This document shows, piece after piece, positions 30,972 through 43,682 of a DNA stretch of 64,000 nucleotides. The notes under the pieces were generated by a model. That model made no database searches. It was not told the DNA's origin and worked only from the letters and a program-made list of their open reading frames with translations. The stretch covers positions 496,001 through 560,000 of the forward strand of contig CDLV01000004.1 of NCBI GenBank assembly GCA_001244265.2, given 5' to 3'. A program made the translations under genes and the position numbers. The first letter of the stretch is position 1; each line of letters opens with the position of its first letter. This DNA is from Microbotryum violaceum. Lineage: Eukaryota.

Positions 30972-33364
30972 GTGCGCCTTGCTACAATGCGGGACCGCGA
31001 CACGCCGGCGAACCGACGGGAGAGGGCGCAAGCCCAGCAAAAACGAAAGGCGGCGAACACGAAGGCGGCCAACAACAAGCGGCGGCGACTCGACATCGCT
31101 GTCGGTGTGAGCCCAATCAACGCAGCGAAGAAGCAAGACGCTTGGCAACGCCACAAAGCCGCAAAGGAGCAGAAGGAGAAGTACGTGCAAGTGTGATCTC
31201 TTAACTCTACTGTATCTTTTCTTGAATGTAGGTGAACTGAGGCCTTGCCCGTCCTTGTTTCCAGTGCACCCCCAGCAGCCTCTGCACACGCGTCCAGGCT
31301 TGCGGTGACACGCACCTCTTCTCTTCACACCGTTCATGCAGATACCACATGTCAGCTTTTCCGTGCACAGCAGACTTCTGTTGAGCCATTCAGCGACGAA
31401 GACAGCGGCGACGAGGACTCCTATATCGATCCTGCTATAAAGGACCTTGTGTTGGGTGGACAAGCCGAGGACCCCTGTGACTTTTCGGACAACGGTCAGG
31501 ATGAGGCAGACTCGGATGAGGGCAAAGACTTAGTCGGACCCACGGTTGTGGATGGCGCCGATGGGGCAAGGTAGCGACCAGCATCATGGACGATGATGAC
31601 GAAAGCGTCATTCCAGGCGTAGTGAGTAGCATTCAAGCAGGTTTAGGTACTTGCGTGCAGGCATTCAATGGGTTGTATCAACACTTGCAGACGCCCCAGC
31701 CCAAGGCTCAGGCTCTACAGTCCTCGATCGCCGGACAAGCTTCAAGACGCAATCCACCGCAAGGTGGGGTTGCCAGTCGTACACCAGGCTCGTCTTTGTC
31801 GTTTGCGAGATCGTCGCCCCTGGTCAAAGGGAACCTCGATATCAATGCCCCCTACGACAGGGCGCACAACCGCAAGCCAATAGATCAAGAGACTTTGGAT
31901 TCAAAGCCCAACCGCCGACAAGCATCCAACTTGACTCTAGAGCAGAAGATAGTTGCTAGCGCCTGGTTCCAAACTATCTTCATGCAGAATATTCTCGATG
32001 GCCAAGGCCTGTGGCGAACAAAGAGATCACTTTACGCCCAGTCTCAGCTCGTAGCGGAGGTCTACAACGAAAACGCTGAGAGGCCTATTGAGTGGTCATC
32101 GAAGATCACCGACCTTGTGCGGCATTCTTCCCCGCCTACGGTGATACCTTGCCAGCGCTGACAACACGTGTGTTTCCTTCAAGCAGATCGTTTCGAAGAA
32201 TCTGGGAGTCTTGAATTTGATCAAAAGGACGGCGCTGAAATACACCTACAAAGCATACAAATTGGACCCGGACAGGCAACGTGAGGCATCGACCACCAAG
32301 GCCGTACTCTATCTCCAACCTACTAAATGGGCGGCCAAAAAGTTATGTTGCGGTGCGGGAACGGTAAGCTTTTCCAAAGCCCCGCTACCAGCTCCTTCGA
32401 GTGCAATTCAGCGTTGTGGCCATATGTTTTGGCACCAAGCTGCTTACAACATCTTTCTCCCTCAGGGTGGGGTCGACATTATCAGAACCCAATCATATCT
32501 GATTCTCTTCCAATCCTATTTACTTCTTGTGCCACTATTTCACTCCTACTTTGCACTCCTTCTTTAGCCTATTCCCACTACGCCGGATCCCAGCGCCTGA
32601 TTGAGACTCGGTTGACACGTTGGCTTGGGTTGAAGTCGCGCGCCTTGCGGGCACTTGTCTCTCTTCCTTCTTCATCCATCTTCCATTCTCAATCTTGTGC
32701 TTGTACTCAACCCCTTGAGTCGGAATCCAGACTTCTAATAGACATGAACAATTGCTCCTTCGAGGCCAAGGATGATTTTCAGAACGACCTTCTATCCGAG
32801 ATTTTTTGTTCAGATCGTCGCCGGCATAAGGAAAGAAAAATCTGCTGCTTTCCAATGGCCAAAGGAAGGTCTCAACCCGAACAACAATGATCATCGCAAG
32901 CTTGCATTCGCTCTTTGGACTCATGCATATGCCAGCATATGTCCCTCAGCTGTTCAGCAATGTCCATTTCAAACTACCAATCATATTGCTACATTCTTGC
33001 TATGACGGATCAGGTTCGGTATGCCATGCAGGTCCTTACGTCGCCCCCATCGCTCCCCAAATTGTCCAACAATGGCAGAAATGTGAATGTGGCGAAGCAA
33101 ACTGTAGCACTCTGGCACAAGTTCTTGGCCACTCACTATCAAGGTCCCGTCATGGCCATACTGCGTAGGCGTCGTAGAGAAGGCTCTGGGCCTTTTTACT
33201 CAGATGCTATGCAGGTACGAGTCACCAATCGAGTACAGAACAACATGGAAGTAGCGCTCCTCGAAGAGTATCGAGGGCCCGGGGTTTCTAGGTGGGGAAC
33301 CAGTGACAAGATGAGGATCACAGCCCATTGGGCTTGCAACTTTGAAGATTCTCTCTTCACTTGA
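30972..33364 (+). pseudogene. Multi-exon ORF of unknown function, divergent from the Plavaka transposase (probable second element gene)
   Basis: Basic N-terminus, acidic linker and globular C-terminus linked by GT..AG introns. Frameshifts, plus a solo LTR at 32480-32740 within an exon (GGVD-MNNCSF). Confidence 0.55.
32480..32740. repeat. Solo LTR (261 bp) with GACAT TSD and TA..TA termini
   Basis: GACAT at 32475-32479 and 32741-32745. Ends are TATCAGAA...TTCTAATA. Confidence 0.8.
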
Positions 33365-34699
33365 CTGTAGTATATGAGTGTAACATAGGTTTATAATGGC
33401 AACAGATCAGGGGCTGTGAAGATAAGACTGCCTAAACAGCCGCTTAAAACACGGTCTATGGTTCGGATAAAGTCGCTTTAGGACCGCTTTACACCGCATA
33501 AGAGGGCTTATGGATCACTTTTCGGCTTTTGCTGCAAGAGTTTGACGCTGAGGACTTTAGCGCGCGCCACTTCAACACCCCCAGCCGTAACCCGTGCCCG
33601 CATGCAGGCCTCCCGCAGTAAGCCGTGCTCGCACGCCTGCCTCGAGCATAAGCCTTGGCCCGTAAGCCGCACCCGCGCAGGAATTTCCCCAAGCATGCTC
33701 CCGCCGCACTGGGTCAGTTCCGCACTGCCTGCTGTTGCTGTACCAGTATTTGCTGCGTACCTTTGCCACCTCCTGCCAAGGTTGGTTGCCGTCCTAGATC
33801 TCTTCCTGCCCTCACGCCCTCTGGCTGACAGCTTTTGAGCAACTCACAGGACCTCCCCAGCAATACAAACACCCAACTGCCTCCCAGTCTTCTGCCCTGC
33901 CAGACTACAACGGACAGCTGCCCACAGCATATGCCTCTTCTTCTCAACCTTCCTTGTTGGATTGTTGACTGACTGTTCATACCCTGTATGCAGCCGTTCT
34001 GCCCTACACCAGCCAGTGTAGCCGCACCTTCTTCTGCTGAGTACCGAGTCACACTCCCGGAGCTAAGGTACATCATTCCCCCGCATCAGGCTCTACCTTT
34101 TGGTACTCCTGCTCACAACTGTCCTTGTTGGGCATGTTGGCTTACTTGGCTACCTTGCGCTACAGACTACACTTGCCACCCAACGTGCCAGCGTTCAGGG
34201 TCGGTTTCCTTCTTTCAAGTGTGTCACATTTTCCAAGCAAAAGTATGCCAAGCCTCCCAGTCTTTGCAGTATTTCTGAGTACTAATAGGATCCACACTTT
34301 CCAAGCAAAGTGTCCTATGTTTGAGCTCCTCCCACCCGCCCTCAAAATAACATAAAAAAATCCTTGTTGGTATCTTTTCTTTCTTTTATTATCTCTCTTC
34401 TGATCTCTGGGTCTCTTGTCTTGTGGGTACTTTCTTTCAACCCATTCCGTTTGTTACGGGATGCCGGGTTTCATGCCTAATACTGCACCTCAACTTATAC
34501 CCCGCTACCTAGCCACGCTTCTACAAAAGAGTTGACCGCTTTGTGTATGCAAACAAAGCGCGCCGTAAGTGCGCCGTAAGAGTCCCTTATCTAGGGTACA
34601 CTTAAGCGACACTTAATGCGCGTGTGGCTTAATGAGTGGTTAAGAGCGCTTAAAAGCAGCTCTAGGCTGCTTAACGACTGCTTTACGAGGTTTCGTGCG

Positions 34700-34935
34700 C
34701 TTGCGCGCGTTTGGCCATTTTGCTGATGAGCGCAAGCATCGCAAAACGCGTCTCGAAGCGAAGGCAAACGGGCCCAGAGTCATGCCGTAGGCTGCTCAGG
34801 GTAGGCCAAAATTGCGTCGACCCACGGGAAAAATGTCAAAATCTGCAAAGGCACCTCGGGGGCAAAACATGTGTTTCGTCCCAAAATGTCAATTTTTTGC
34901 AATGCGCCTCGATGATTTTCAGGATTTTGGGTCCT
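34700..34935. repeat. Transposon terminus related to the AGGACCC-ended family
   Basis: Ends ATGCGCCTC...GGGTCCT like 21064-21094, with a similar A/T-run-rich subterminal region. Confidence 0.5.
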
Positions 34936-35275
34936 CAAGATGTTGAATTGCATTCTGCCAAGCCTTCAAAACTTCGACTTTGGGCCGCCGTTTGACGGGC
35001 TTGTCAGTGTGATGTTGAAGCAACGCACAGACCTGCTCAAGCAGTGGTAAGTCTCTGATTAACGGACCAAGGGAGACCAGACCAAGAAGTTGCTTGAGCA
35101 GGAGAGAGAGAGGCGCGCGGGACCAGCTAGTTGGGGGCAAGTGCGCGTGTCTGGCCAGAAGGCGGAAGATAGACGGCAAAGGCCGGGTCTAAAGGAGAAT
35201 AAAGGTAGAGGCACAGGGGCCATGATGCTAGAAGGAAATAGGAGAGAATTAAAGTACTTTGAGAATCTCACAGTC

Positions 35276-36470
35276 AGGACCCCCAAAAGCCCAGCCTGAG
35301 GCGCGTAGGTAAAATCCGCCAAAATCCCTGATTTTGGACCTCATTTGTCCACCAATTTTTGGACTTTTTGGCCACAAAGGTCTCCAAAATGTCCAGTCCA
35401 TCTATGCGCGTCCAAAGATAGCTCTGAAACATTTTCAAAAATCGCGAAAACGCTGTCCGGACGTTTTTCGCCCGGACCGAATCGCCGGAGCTCGCGTGCG
35501 CGTCAGCAGTTTCAGTTCTGCTTTGCCAAGGGCTCCTCACCTGCACTTATTGCCTACCTCTTTGACTATGATTTGATGTGACCTTGGCATACATGTAACG
35601 TACTACAAGCGGTAAAATCGATGCCAGTCACTCTGCAAGGCAGTAAGCCGGCTACAGTGAGATGCACGAACCAAGTCCAATGGACAATTGTTCTTCTCCT
35701 ATGTTGCTGGCGTCACAACTGACAGGTATCATGCCTCGTTTCAATACAAAGCAGACAAGAGAGCCGATTTTCAAAGGCGTAGCTGACGTGACATTTCTGT
35801 TGATTGACCCAAACAGTGGGATCTAGGCAAATGCCATGTATTGCCTTGCTTGCAATTGCATCCGTACCTGGGCAAGAATGAACATTATTGATGAGCACTC
35901 TCTGGGCCATACGTGCAGAGCACACAATTGCAGCTCACTTTTTTATATCTGTCTTCGATGTATCCTCTGTTTTCTGTCTTGTTTGCGGTTGAAAAGCGAC
36001 TGAAGGTTCCTTGTCCTGTCCAGCAAATGGACCTTGCAACTCCTGACACGGCTTTGAGACGGCCTGCAACCATTGAATGCACTAAACCTTGGAGGACACT
36101 GGAGTGCATTTCACCGTGCTTGGACAATTTTGCTTTTGATGTGGGATCGGAAACTTGGGAAGTCAAGGTGGTGGCACCATGCCTTCCCTTGAGTAGGATA
36201 GCTCTGAGATGGAAGCATTGATATGCCCAACAGTGCTGGATCAAGTGCAAGCTGGATTCGAGACGCAGAAGGGATGGGAGCCGAATAACCTGAGCCTGTG
36301 AAAGAATGCTGGTTCCATTTAGTGTTGCTACACGAAGCCAATTGCTCAAATGAACCTACACGACCTGGCAAGCTTTTGTTTGCTGTCACAATGGCGTTGA
36401 GCAGGAAGCGTTCCTCTGCTTGAGCATCAGCCTCGTCATAGGCCTACTGAATGGCAAGCCTAGAATTGGA
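35276..36470 (-). mobile_element. Second, diverged 3' relic of the P/THAP9-like transposon
   Basis: AYDEADAQAEERF, HLRAILLKGR, HSSVLQGLVHSM, ARSICWTGQG and YIEDR match 19520-20064. Terminus AGGACCCCCAAAAGCCCAGCC at 35276. Confidence 0.65.
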
Positions 36471-36536
36471 AGAGATGAGCTATCAGCTCAGAGGAGGCTG
36501 GTACAGGTCTCATGGCACTCAACTTACGGTGCAGCA

Positions 36537-37893
36537 TCATCTTTTCCTTTTTACTGTGCAAAGTTTATTAAGGCCAAGAGCAGCTAAAGAGCAAACAGCA
36601 TTTTCAACTGCTTCAGCGTCGTTGCGTAGGAGCCCCCATTTGCCACAGGCTTCCCGGAATGTTCGAAACTCAACACCATCGAAAGTCTTCAGATCCGCAA
36701 ACGATGTCGGAGAAGGCACCTTGAGAAGAAGTAGTCGCAAATTGTATCGCTCTCCGCCTTCAGGACCACAAAAGTAGATTCTTCCGATTGTCCGGTTGTC
36801 AACTTTTTGTGGAACCCAAGCACAATCTTCGTTGTTCCATGTGAATTGTGTGAAGACGAATCCACTCTCAGCTCGACAGGGGCGCCTCGGTTGTTGCGCG
36901 CACCCGCTAGCCCGCCCCCCTGCGGTGAGGACAGACGCGCGCGACTGCCTCAGCGCACCAGTGATTTCACCCGCGCCTGGGCCTATCCCAGCGCGGCCCC
37001 CCTTTCCTGTTTCTTAGCTTCCTTCTCATCACTTCTGTTTGACGCTCAACCTTTCCTGACAGTAGTGGTGATCGTCTCATAAATCGGGTTGGCACGTTGA
37101 CGTAAAGCAAATCTTGTGCGTTGTGATTGGGCAGTGTCTTGGCGCACAATTTGATAAGGTGGTTAACGTCTTTTCCAGTGGTGCTGATAAATCTGGTGCT
37201 CCATGATCTGGGTCAAACCAAACTTGTTGCTCATTCAGGAGGTGCAGCGTAAGTCTGGCCACTGCGGGATCCCGTTCATGCATCCCGAATTGAAATATCT
37301 GGTGAATGACTTTGGGGGTGCAAACATATTGAACGTCAAGGAAGTTGTTGATTTTGTCTTGAGTTTTGGGTTTGTTGATTGTGAATGAAGTACAGTCGTG
37401 GCCCTTGTAAACGCACTTGTACAGGTACTTGATCGCAACAACGCCGCTTGCAATTTCTACGTTGACATGACAGTTGTACTTGGACGCAAGGAATAGATTT
37501 GTTGGAACAATGTTTGCATCCATATAAACTTCTTCTTGCGCTGTGCCCAGGAATTTGACATACTGGTGTATGCTGCAACACCGGTAGTGTGGATAGCCAC
37601 CGTCTTCGCTGGTTGTGCACGGTTGGAGTCGTTTGGGAAACCGTTTGGTACATTTTCCATGGTCGTCATGGCAGGTATGCTTGCCGGGATGATCACATTG
37701 ACGGTGTAGCATGGAGTTTGTGATGGTCTCAAACAATGCGGGAAATTTGTTGCGGTCCGGTATTTCTGTGGTGACTATATTGTTGTAGTCGTCGTTTGTT
37801 TTTGGTTTGTCTTCAGGGCCCATGGTCAAAAGGATGTGGGCGTGAGGCAGTCCGCGCTTTTGAAATTTGACAACATAGACATATGCGATGACC
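36537..37893 (-). mobile_element. Helitron Rep(-helicase) fragment
   Basis: FQKRGLPHAHIL (HUH motif), CTKRFPK, CHVNVE..IKYLYKCVYKGHD, LRLLLLKVPSPTSFADLKT..TFREAC. Small insert at about 36855-37080. Confidence 0.9.
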
Positions 37894-38005
37894 TGTGTAA
37901 AGAATTGAGACTCGTGAGCATTCTATTCATTTTATATTTTAAGAATTGACGGCGCCAATTGACATGCCTTTCCAAAGACTCCCGGTGCAAGACCAACGCC
38001 TAATA

Positions 38006-38313
38006 TATTGAAACTGAACAGCGATGTGCTGAGCAAGTTGGCAGCAGGGACAAGCCAATGAGTTTGTAATCAAGTGAAGAAGAGGAGACAAAGACGCGAA
38101 TTGCGCGCGCAACTAATATAAAGTGGAGACGCGCGTAGTGCGGATTTAAGGCAAGAGTAATTTACTTCAACACCCCCCCTTGCTCTTGGCCTGAAATTTG
38201 CCGAAGGCCAATAGCGTCGCAATGACGCTGGAAAATCGCTCGAGACAGCGGCTTGGTGAAGATATCGGCCACCATGTCATGGGTAGGGATGTAGGTGACC
38301 GAGATCTCTCCAT
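38006..38313 (-). mobile_element. 3' end of a third copia element (RNase H end, PPT, 3' LTR 38006-38172)
   Basis: [45 protein letters not shown]...TTTCAATA. Confidence 0.85.
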
Positions 38314-41300
38314 TTCTCGCTTGTGAAGAGCTTGTCGCGGTCGGAGACCAGCACTCGTGGCATGCCGAAGTGTCGATGCCACCCCTCAAAGAACCGGTCC
38401 GCCGTGGTAGTTGCGTCGTCCGTCGTGCGGCAGGGGATGAGGCGAACGTAGCCTGAAAGGCGATCTGTTACCGTAAGCAGTGCGTCATTACCATTGCTAG
38501 GTACAAGTGGCCCGACAAAGTCTAGGCCAACTTCCCGCATTGGCCGGTCAGGCACATTCAAATTGTGGACCCGACCGGCAAAACCGGTGCCATGCATCTT
38601 CATTGTCTGACAAGCAGCACAGGACTCAACGTAATCTTTGCATGCATCCTTCATTCCCGACCAGATAAAGTTGCGGCGTAGGTGTTCATACGTCTTGTGT
38701 AGTCCAAAATGGCCTGCGGCATCATGCGCGTCATGTAGCGCGTCCTCCCGAAAGTTCCCTGTCTTTGGCAGGAGGATCCGTCCTTTGAACCGTGCGATTC
38801 CATTGTCGACTGAGTAGCCTGGTGTTGAGTCAATGTTCTTGATAGCTTGTTGACATTGCGGGTCCTTGCGGTAACCGTCCCTGAGTTTGCAAAGGAAGGC
38901 CGGATTGAGAGTTGCCTCCGCCAGCACGTTGACATTGTCGCTCGCCTGGCGGCCGGCTGTGGGTTCCTCCGGGAAAGAGTAACGACTCAATGCATCAGCC
39001 ACTGTGTTCTCTGGACCTCGTACATATACAATCTCGAAGTCGTAATCGGCCAGTCGTTCGGTCCATCGAGCTTGTCGTCGTGAAAGGCTTGGTTGCTTCA
39101 TGAAGCCCGCCAAGGAGTGGTGGTCTGTGAGGATCTTGAATCGAACACCCAAAAGGTCCGCCCGCCAGTGATGAAGGGCGTCCACAATTGCAAGCAATTC
39201 CATCTCGTGGGCTGCATAGTTGCCTTCCGCTGGGTTGTACTGTCGTGACCAATAGCCTGCCGGCATGGCCGTCTGCCATTGCTTTCCTTGACTGAGTGCC
39301 GCCCCGATTCCCCGATTGCTCGCGTCCGTCATCAGCCATAATGGGTCGCCCTTGTCGGAATGGTCAATGGGATGTAGAGAAGGAAGGTTGCCCACCAAGG
39401 ACTTGATTGCCTCAAACGCCTTGTCGTGCTCTCCCGTCCAGCCTTCGTCGACATGCACCCCTTTCCGTGTCAGCGGGACTAAAACCGCCGTCAAATCCGC
39501 AAGCTTGTCGATGAACTTCCGCAGATACTGCACCAGACCTAGGAATCCCCGCAATTGCTTCACCGTCCTTGGTCGCGGCCACTGTTGAATCCGCTCCACC
39601 TTGTCAGGATCGACCTTGATGCCTTCCCGAGTGATCTGGTGGCCGAGGAAAAAGCACTCGGCAGCAAACAGTTCCGTCTTCTTCGGCGATACGTACAGAT
39701 CCGCCCGTCTCAGCGCCTCCAGGACTAGTCGCACCCGTCGTTCATGTTCCTCCAAGGTGTCGGCAAAGATTGTGATGTCATCGAGGTACACGAAACACAC
39801 GCTCCCGATAAGGTCTCCGAGTGCCTCGTTGACTCGGCGCTGATGCGTTGCCGGGGCATTGCAGAGTCCCATTGGCATTACCGTCCAATCGTACAATCCC
39901 CACGGTGTCACAATCGCCGTCTTCCGGATGTCTTCCTCGGCCATCTTGGTTTGGAAGAAGGAGTTTGTCAGTCGATCTTCCCCCAGAATCGCGCGTTTGA
40001 GCAGACCGACAGAATCTCGTCCGGAAGTGGTAGAGGTGTGCGATCTCGGACCGTCCCTTCGTTGAGTACTCGGTAGTCACAGACCATGCGTGGTTGGATT
40101 GACGGGTCCTTATCCATACCTTTCTTTGGGATGACAAACGCCGGGGACGCGAACTCTGATGACGACTTTCGAAGGCGGCCATTGGCAACGTGCTGATCAA
40201 TCAGGCGCTTCCAGGCTTCCCGGTAACGGTGTGCCGCTCGATAACCCTTCAAGTTCGGTTTTTTTGCTCCGTCCTTCAGCTCGATTCGGTGTCGGACCGG
40301 TGATTCATACGTCGAAACCGGAGGAATATCCCCCGGGAACCGATCCGCGAACTCGACCCGTAGCTTTGCCTCCCGCCGTCGCAACTCCGTCAACTCCGTT
40401 TCCCTTTGCTGGACCCCGTCGATGTAGGCAATCACTGCACGCCAGTTGATCCGAGCTTTATCGCTTCGTTTGGCATTCCTCGCCGCGGCTCGCTGGGGGT
40501 GGGGTCCGAAGACCGGCGCAAGAAGGTCGATCTTTACGTCAGGCATGGTCGGATGTGGCACCAGGATCTTGTGTGCCGCGAAGTCGATGGTAACCTTGTG
40601 TTTTACAAGGAAGTTGAACCCCAGTACCACTTCCAAGGGCTCCTGCAGTTTAGCCACCTTCAGAATCGTGTGTCCCGCTTCCCATGCGCCATTCTCGAGC
40701 GTGATCGGAATCTTTACAAACGAGGTAACATGAAACGCGCATGCTTGGCCTTTGATTGCAGTTTTGACCAATGTAGGAACAGGGAGACGATGCATGACTA
40801 ACCCCAGTTTCTCAACCACCTTATCTGCGATAAAGGAGGAAGAGGCCCCAGAGTCAGCAAGTGCCTGCAACGTCTTTGACTTCGTGTTGTTGTGCAGAGT
40901 GATGGGAATGGTGGAGATGAACTGAGGGGCGTACTCGTTTTCTTCGTCCGTTGAGATGTCGTCTTCTGAGTTTTCCGCAATTTGATGGAGGGTGTCGTTC
41001 TTGGCCGCTTTCGCCTTCTTCTTTTCGAACTCGGCCCACCCTCCGGGACATCCGGTGCCTGCTGCCAGTTGGCTGTACAGTCGCTTGCGCAGTGATCCGT
41101 GTTGATGCGTCTGCAGCTAAAGCAACCCTCCTGCTCATCGTCCAAGCTGTCCTCCTTTTCCTCTGGCACTGATGATGGCGCTGGTTGGGCGGTGGATTTC
41201 TTGCCACGCGCCATGTTTGTCCGTTACCGTTTGTTGTCGTTCGTTCGTCCCGTGGGTGTGTTGCTGGCGCACGTGGCAGTGTGCGTCTTTGACCGGTGTA

Positions 41301-41425
41301 AAAAAAAAAAAAAGTGTAATACACCCCGTTGGAGTGTACACCTGAGCGGCAACAACAAGGATCACAGGACCAAAGTATGTAGAATTGACACTGGACACTC
41401 ATATCAGTTGCTTGTATGACAATAA
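38314..41425 (-). mobile_element. Ty3/gypsy element 1, 3'-truncated, gag partly deleted
   Basis: ALADSGAS (PR), [11 protein letters not shown] and VYLDD (RT), TDAS..ELLAIV (RH), H..GH..C..C and LDFVGPL..SDRD (IN). Partial 5' LTR from 41315. Confidence 0.9.
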
Positions 41426-41542
41426 TGTAATACCCCAGGCCCTTCACAACTAGGTTACACGGTCCAAAAGACTGACGATTTCAATAGATGCATATTGAAA
41501 TCAGAAGGGTAGTTAAATAGTGTAAGGCAACCGAGCCTTACA
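41426..41542 (-). repeat. 117-bp solo LTR of the TRIM-like element
   Basis: Reverse complement of 53473-53589. Flanks do not match, so it is probably a recombination junction. Confidence 0.85.
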
Positions 41543-41980
41543 GGCAGGGCCTGCGGGCATCGAGAGTTTTCTGGAGGCAGCGGTTGCTGTAAATCCTGTG
41601 CGAGGGGGGCTTTGCGTGAGCAACAGATTGCTTGGATGAGGATCCTAAGGTGGTGGCTAACTGACCCTTGGCAGAGGGTGGCAGTGCTGGAGCAGCGGGC
41701 TGGCAACAGAAAGCGTCAACGGTGCGGAACCAAGGAGGAGTAAGCGGCACGGACACAAATACACTTGAGGGGTGGAAAAACTCTGGGGACTCACGGAGAG
41801 GCCTAGGGATGCTGAGCACTCTGGAGAGGCTAGGAAAGTACGCTGAGCCGCTTGCGGGGAGGGCTAGGCTCTGAGCACTCCGGGGAGGCTAGGAAAGCTG
41901 ACGCTGAGTCAGGGACTGGATGCACGGATGCGCGCTTGAACATTGAGTGTGGAACTCTTACCGCTAAAGCTCAACAGACA
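41543..41980. repeat. Partial LTR homologous to about 28310-28730
   Basis: Shared CTGACCCTTGGCAGAGGGTGGCAGTGCTGGAGCAGC and terminal GGAACTCTTACCGCTAAAGCT..AACAGACA. Confidence 0.75.
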
Positions 41981-42500
41981 TCAACTCTCCTAAAAGACGC
42001 TTGCACACGTGAGCTATTTTTAGGCAAAGTTGGGTCAGAGTTGCAGCAAAACCGGTATAAGGGTAACCCAATTGATGATCGGAAGATGAAGATTACCGCC
42101 GAGCTAGGAGGGCCATGTTGAGGTTGGGGGAGATGCGGACATATCCCTCCCAAGCCGCTGACTTCCAACATCCAATTTGCTGGATTTTGGCCGGGAGGAA
42201 ACCAATATCGCGTAGTGAGTAGCACCACCTGAGCGAAGCAAGTGACCAGAGTATTTGCGACCAAACTCCGCATGCAACCGAGTGATGAACCAATTTTGTG
42301 TTGGCGGCACCCGGACAACATCAGAAAGAGTTTTGCGCCAACTCCCATGGTCCGGAACCGGAAGTCACAAGCGGCAAGGAACAGAGAGAGCACGTCGATA
42401 AAGTGGGGGCCGGTTGCCTTGGTGACCACCTGCAGAAATGAGCCTCACCATTGTTGGTCGACTTTATGGTAGGGAAGGCGGACCCGGAAACCTGTCTTCA

Positions 42501-42911
<411 letters not shown>

Positions 42912-43151
42912 TCAGTGCGCTAGCATACTACACATATGAGAAAAGGGGTACCCACCTAGAACCTCGAGTCAGTGAGCTGGCAAAAGCCAAGGGAGGTTCT
43001 AGGCGCGCGCAAGCTATTCAACTAAGCCAAAAGTTCTATTGCCTTCCATTGTACCTCGGGCAAAGGCCTCAGGCCTTGCACCCTCCCCTCCATCCTCTTC
43101 TTCAACTCCCAACGCCAAAGCGCCTCTGTCCCCGTCCCCACCAAGTTTTCA

Positions 43152-43490
<339 letters not shown>

Positions 43491-43559
43491 TCAAAGACGA
43501 CGGTCACGGGTGTCCACCATGACGAAATCGCCCACCGCAATGTCCGGTTCTGGCCATCA

Positions 43560-43682
<123 letters not shown>

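Noticed and set aside
33700-34550. Possible gene or ncRNA in a pyrimidine-rich stretch
   Set aside because: No coherent ORF, splice pattern or structure that I can support.
38290-38330. Copia-gypsy hybrid element
   Set aside because: The gypsy integrase is cut mid-domain and abuts a copia RNase H tail. A deletion between neighbouring elements is simpler.
41790-41910. Repeats of about 28-31 bp (also 28587-28660 and 50133-50280) as a CRISPR-like array
   Set aside because: Degenerate tandem repeats without unique spacers, inside LTR or leader sequence of a eukaryotic element.
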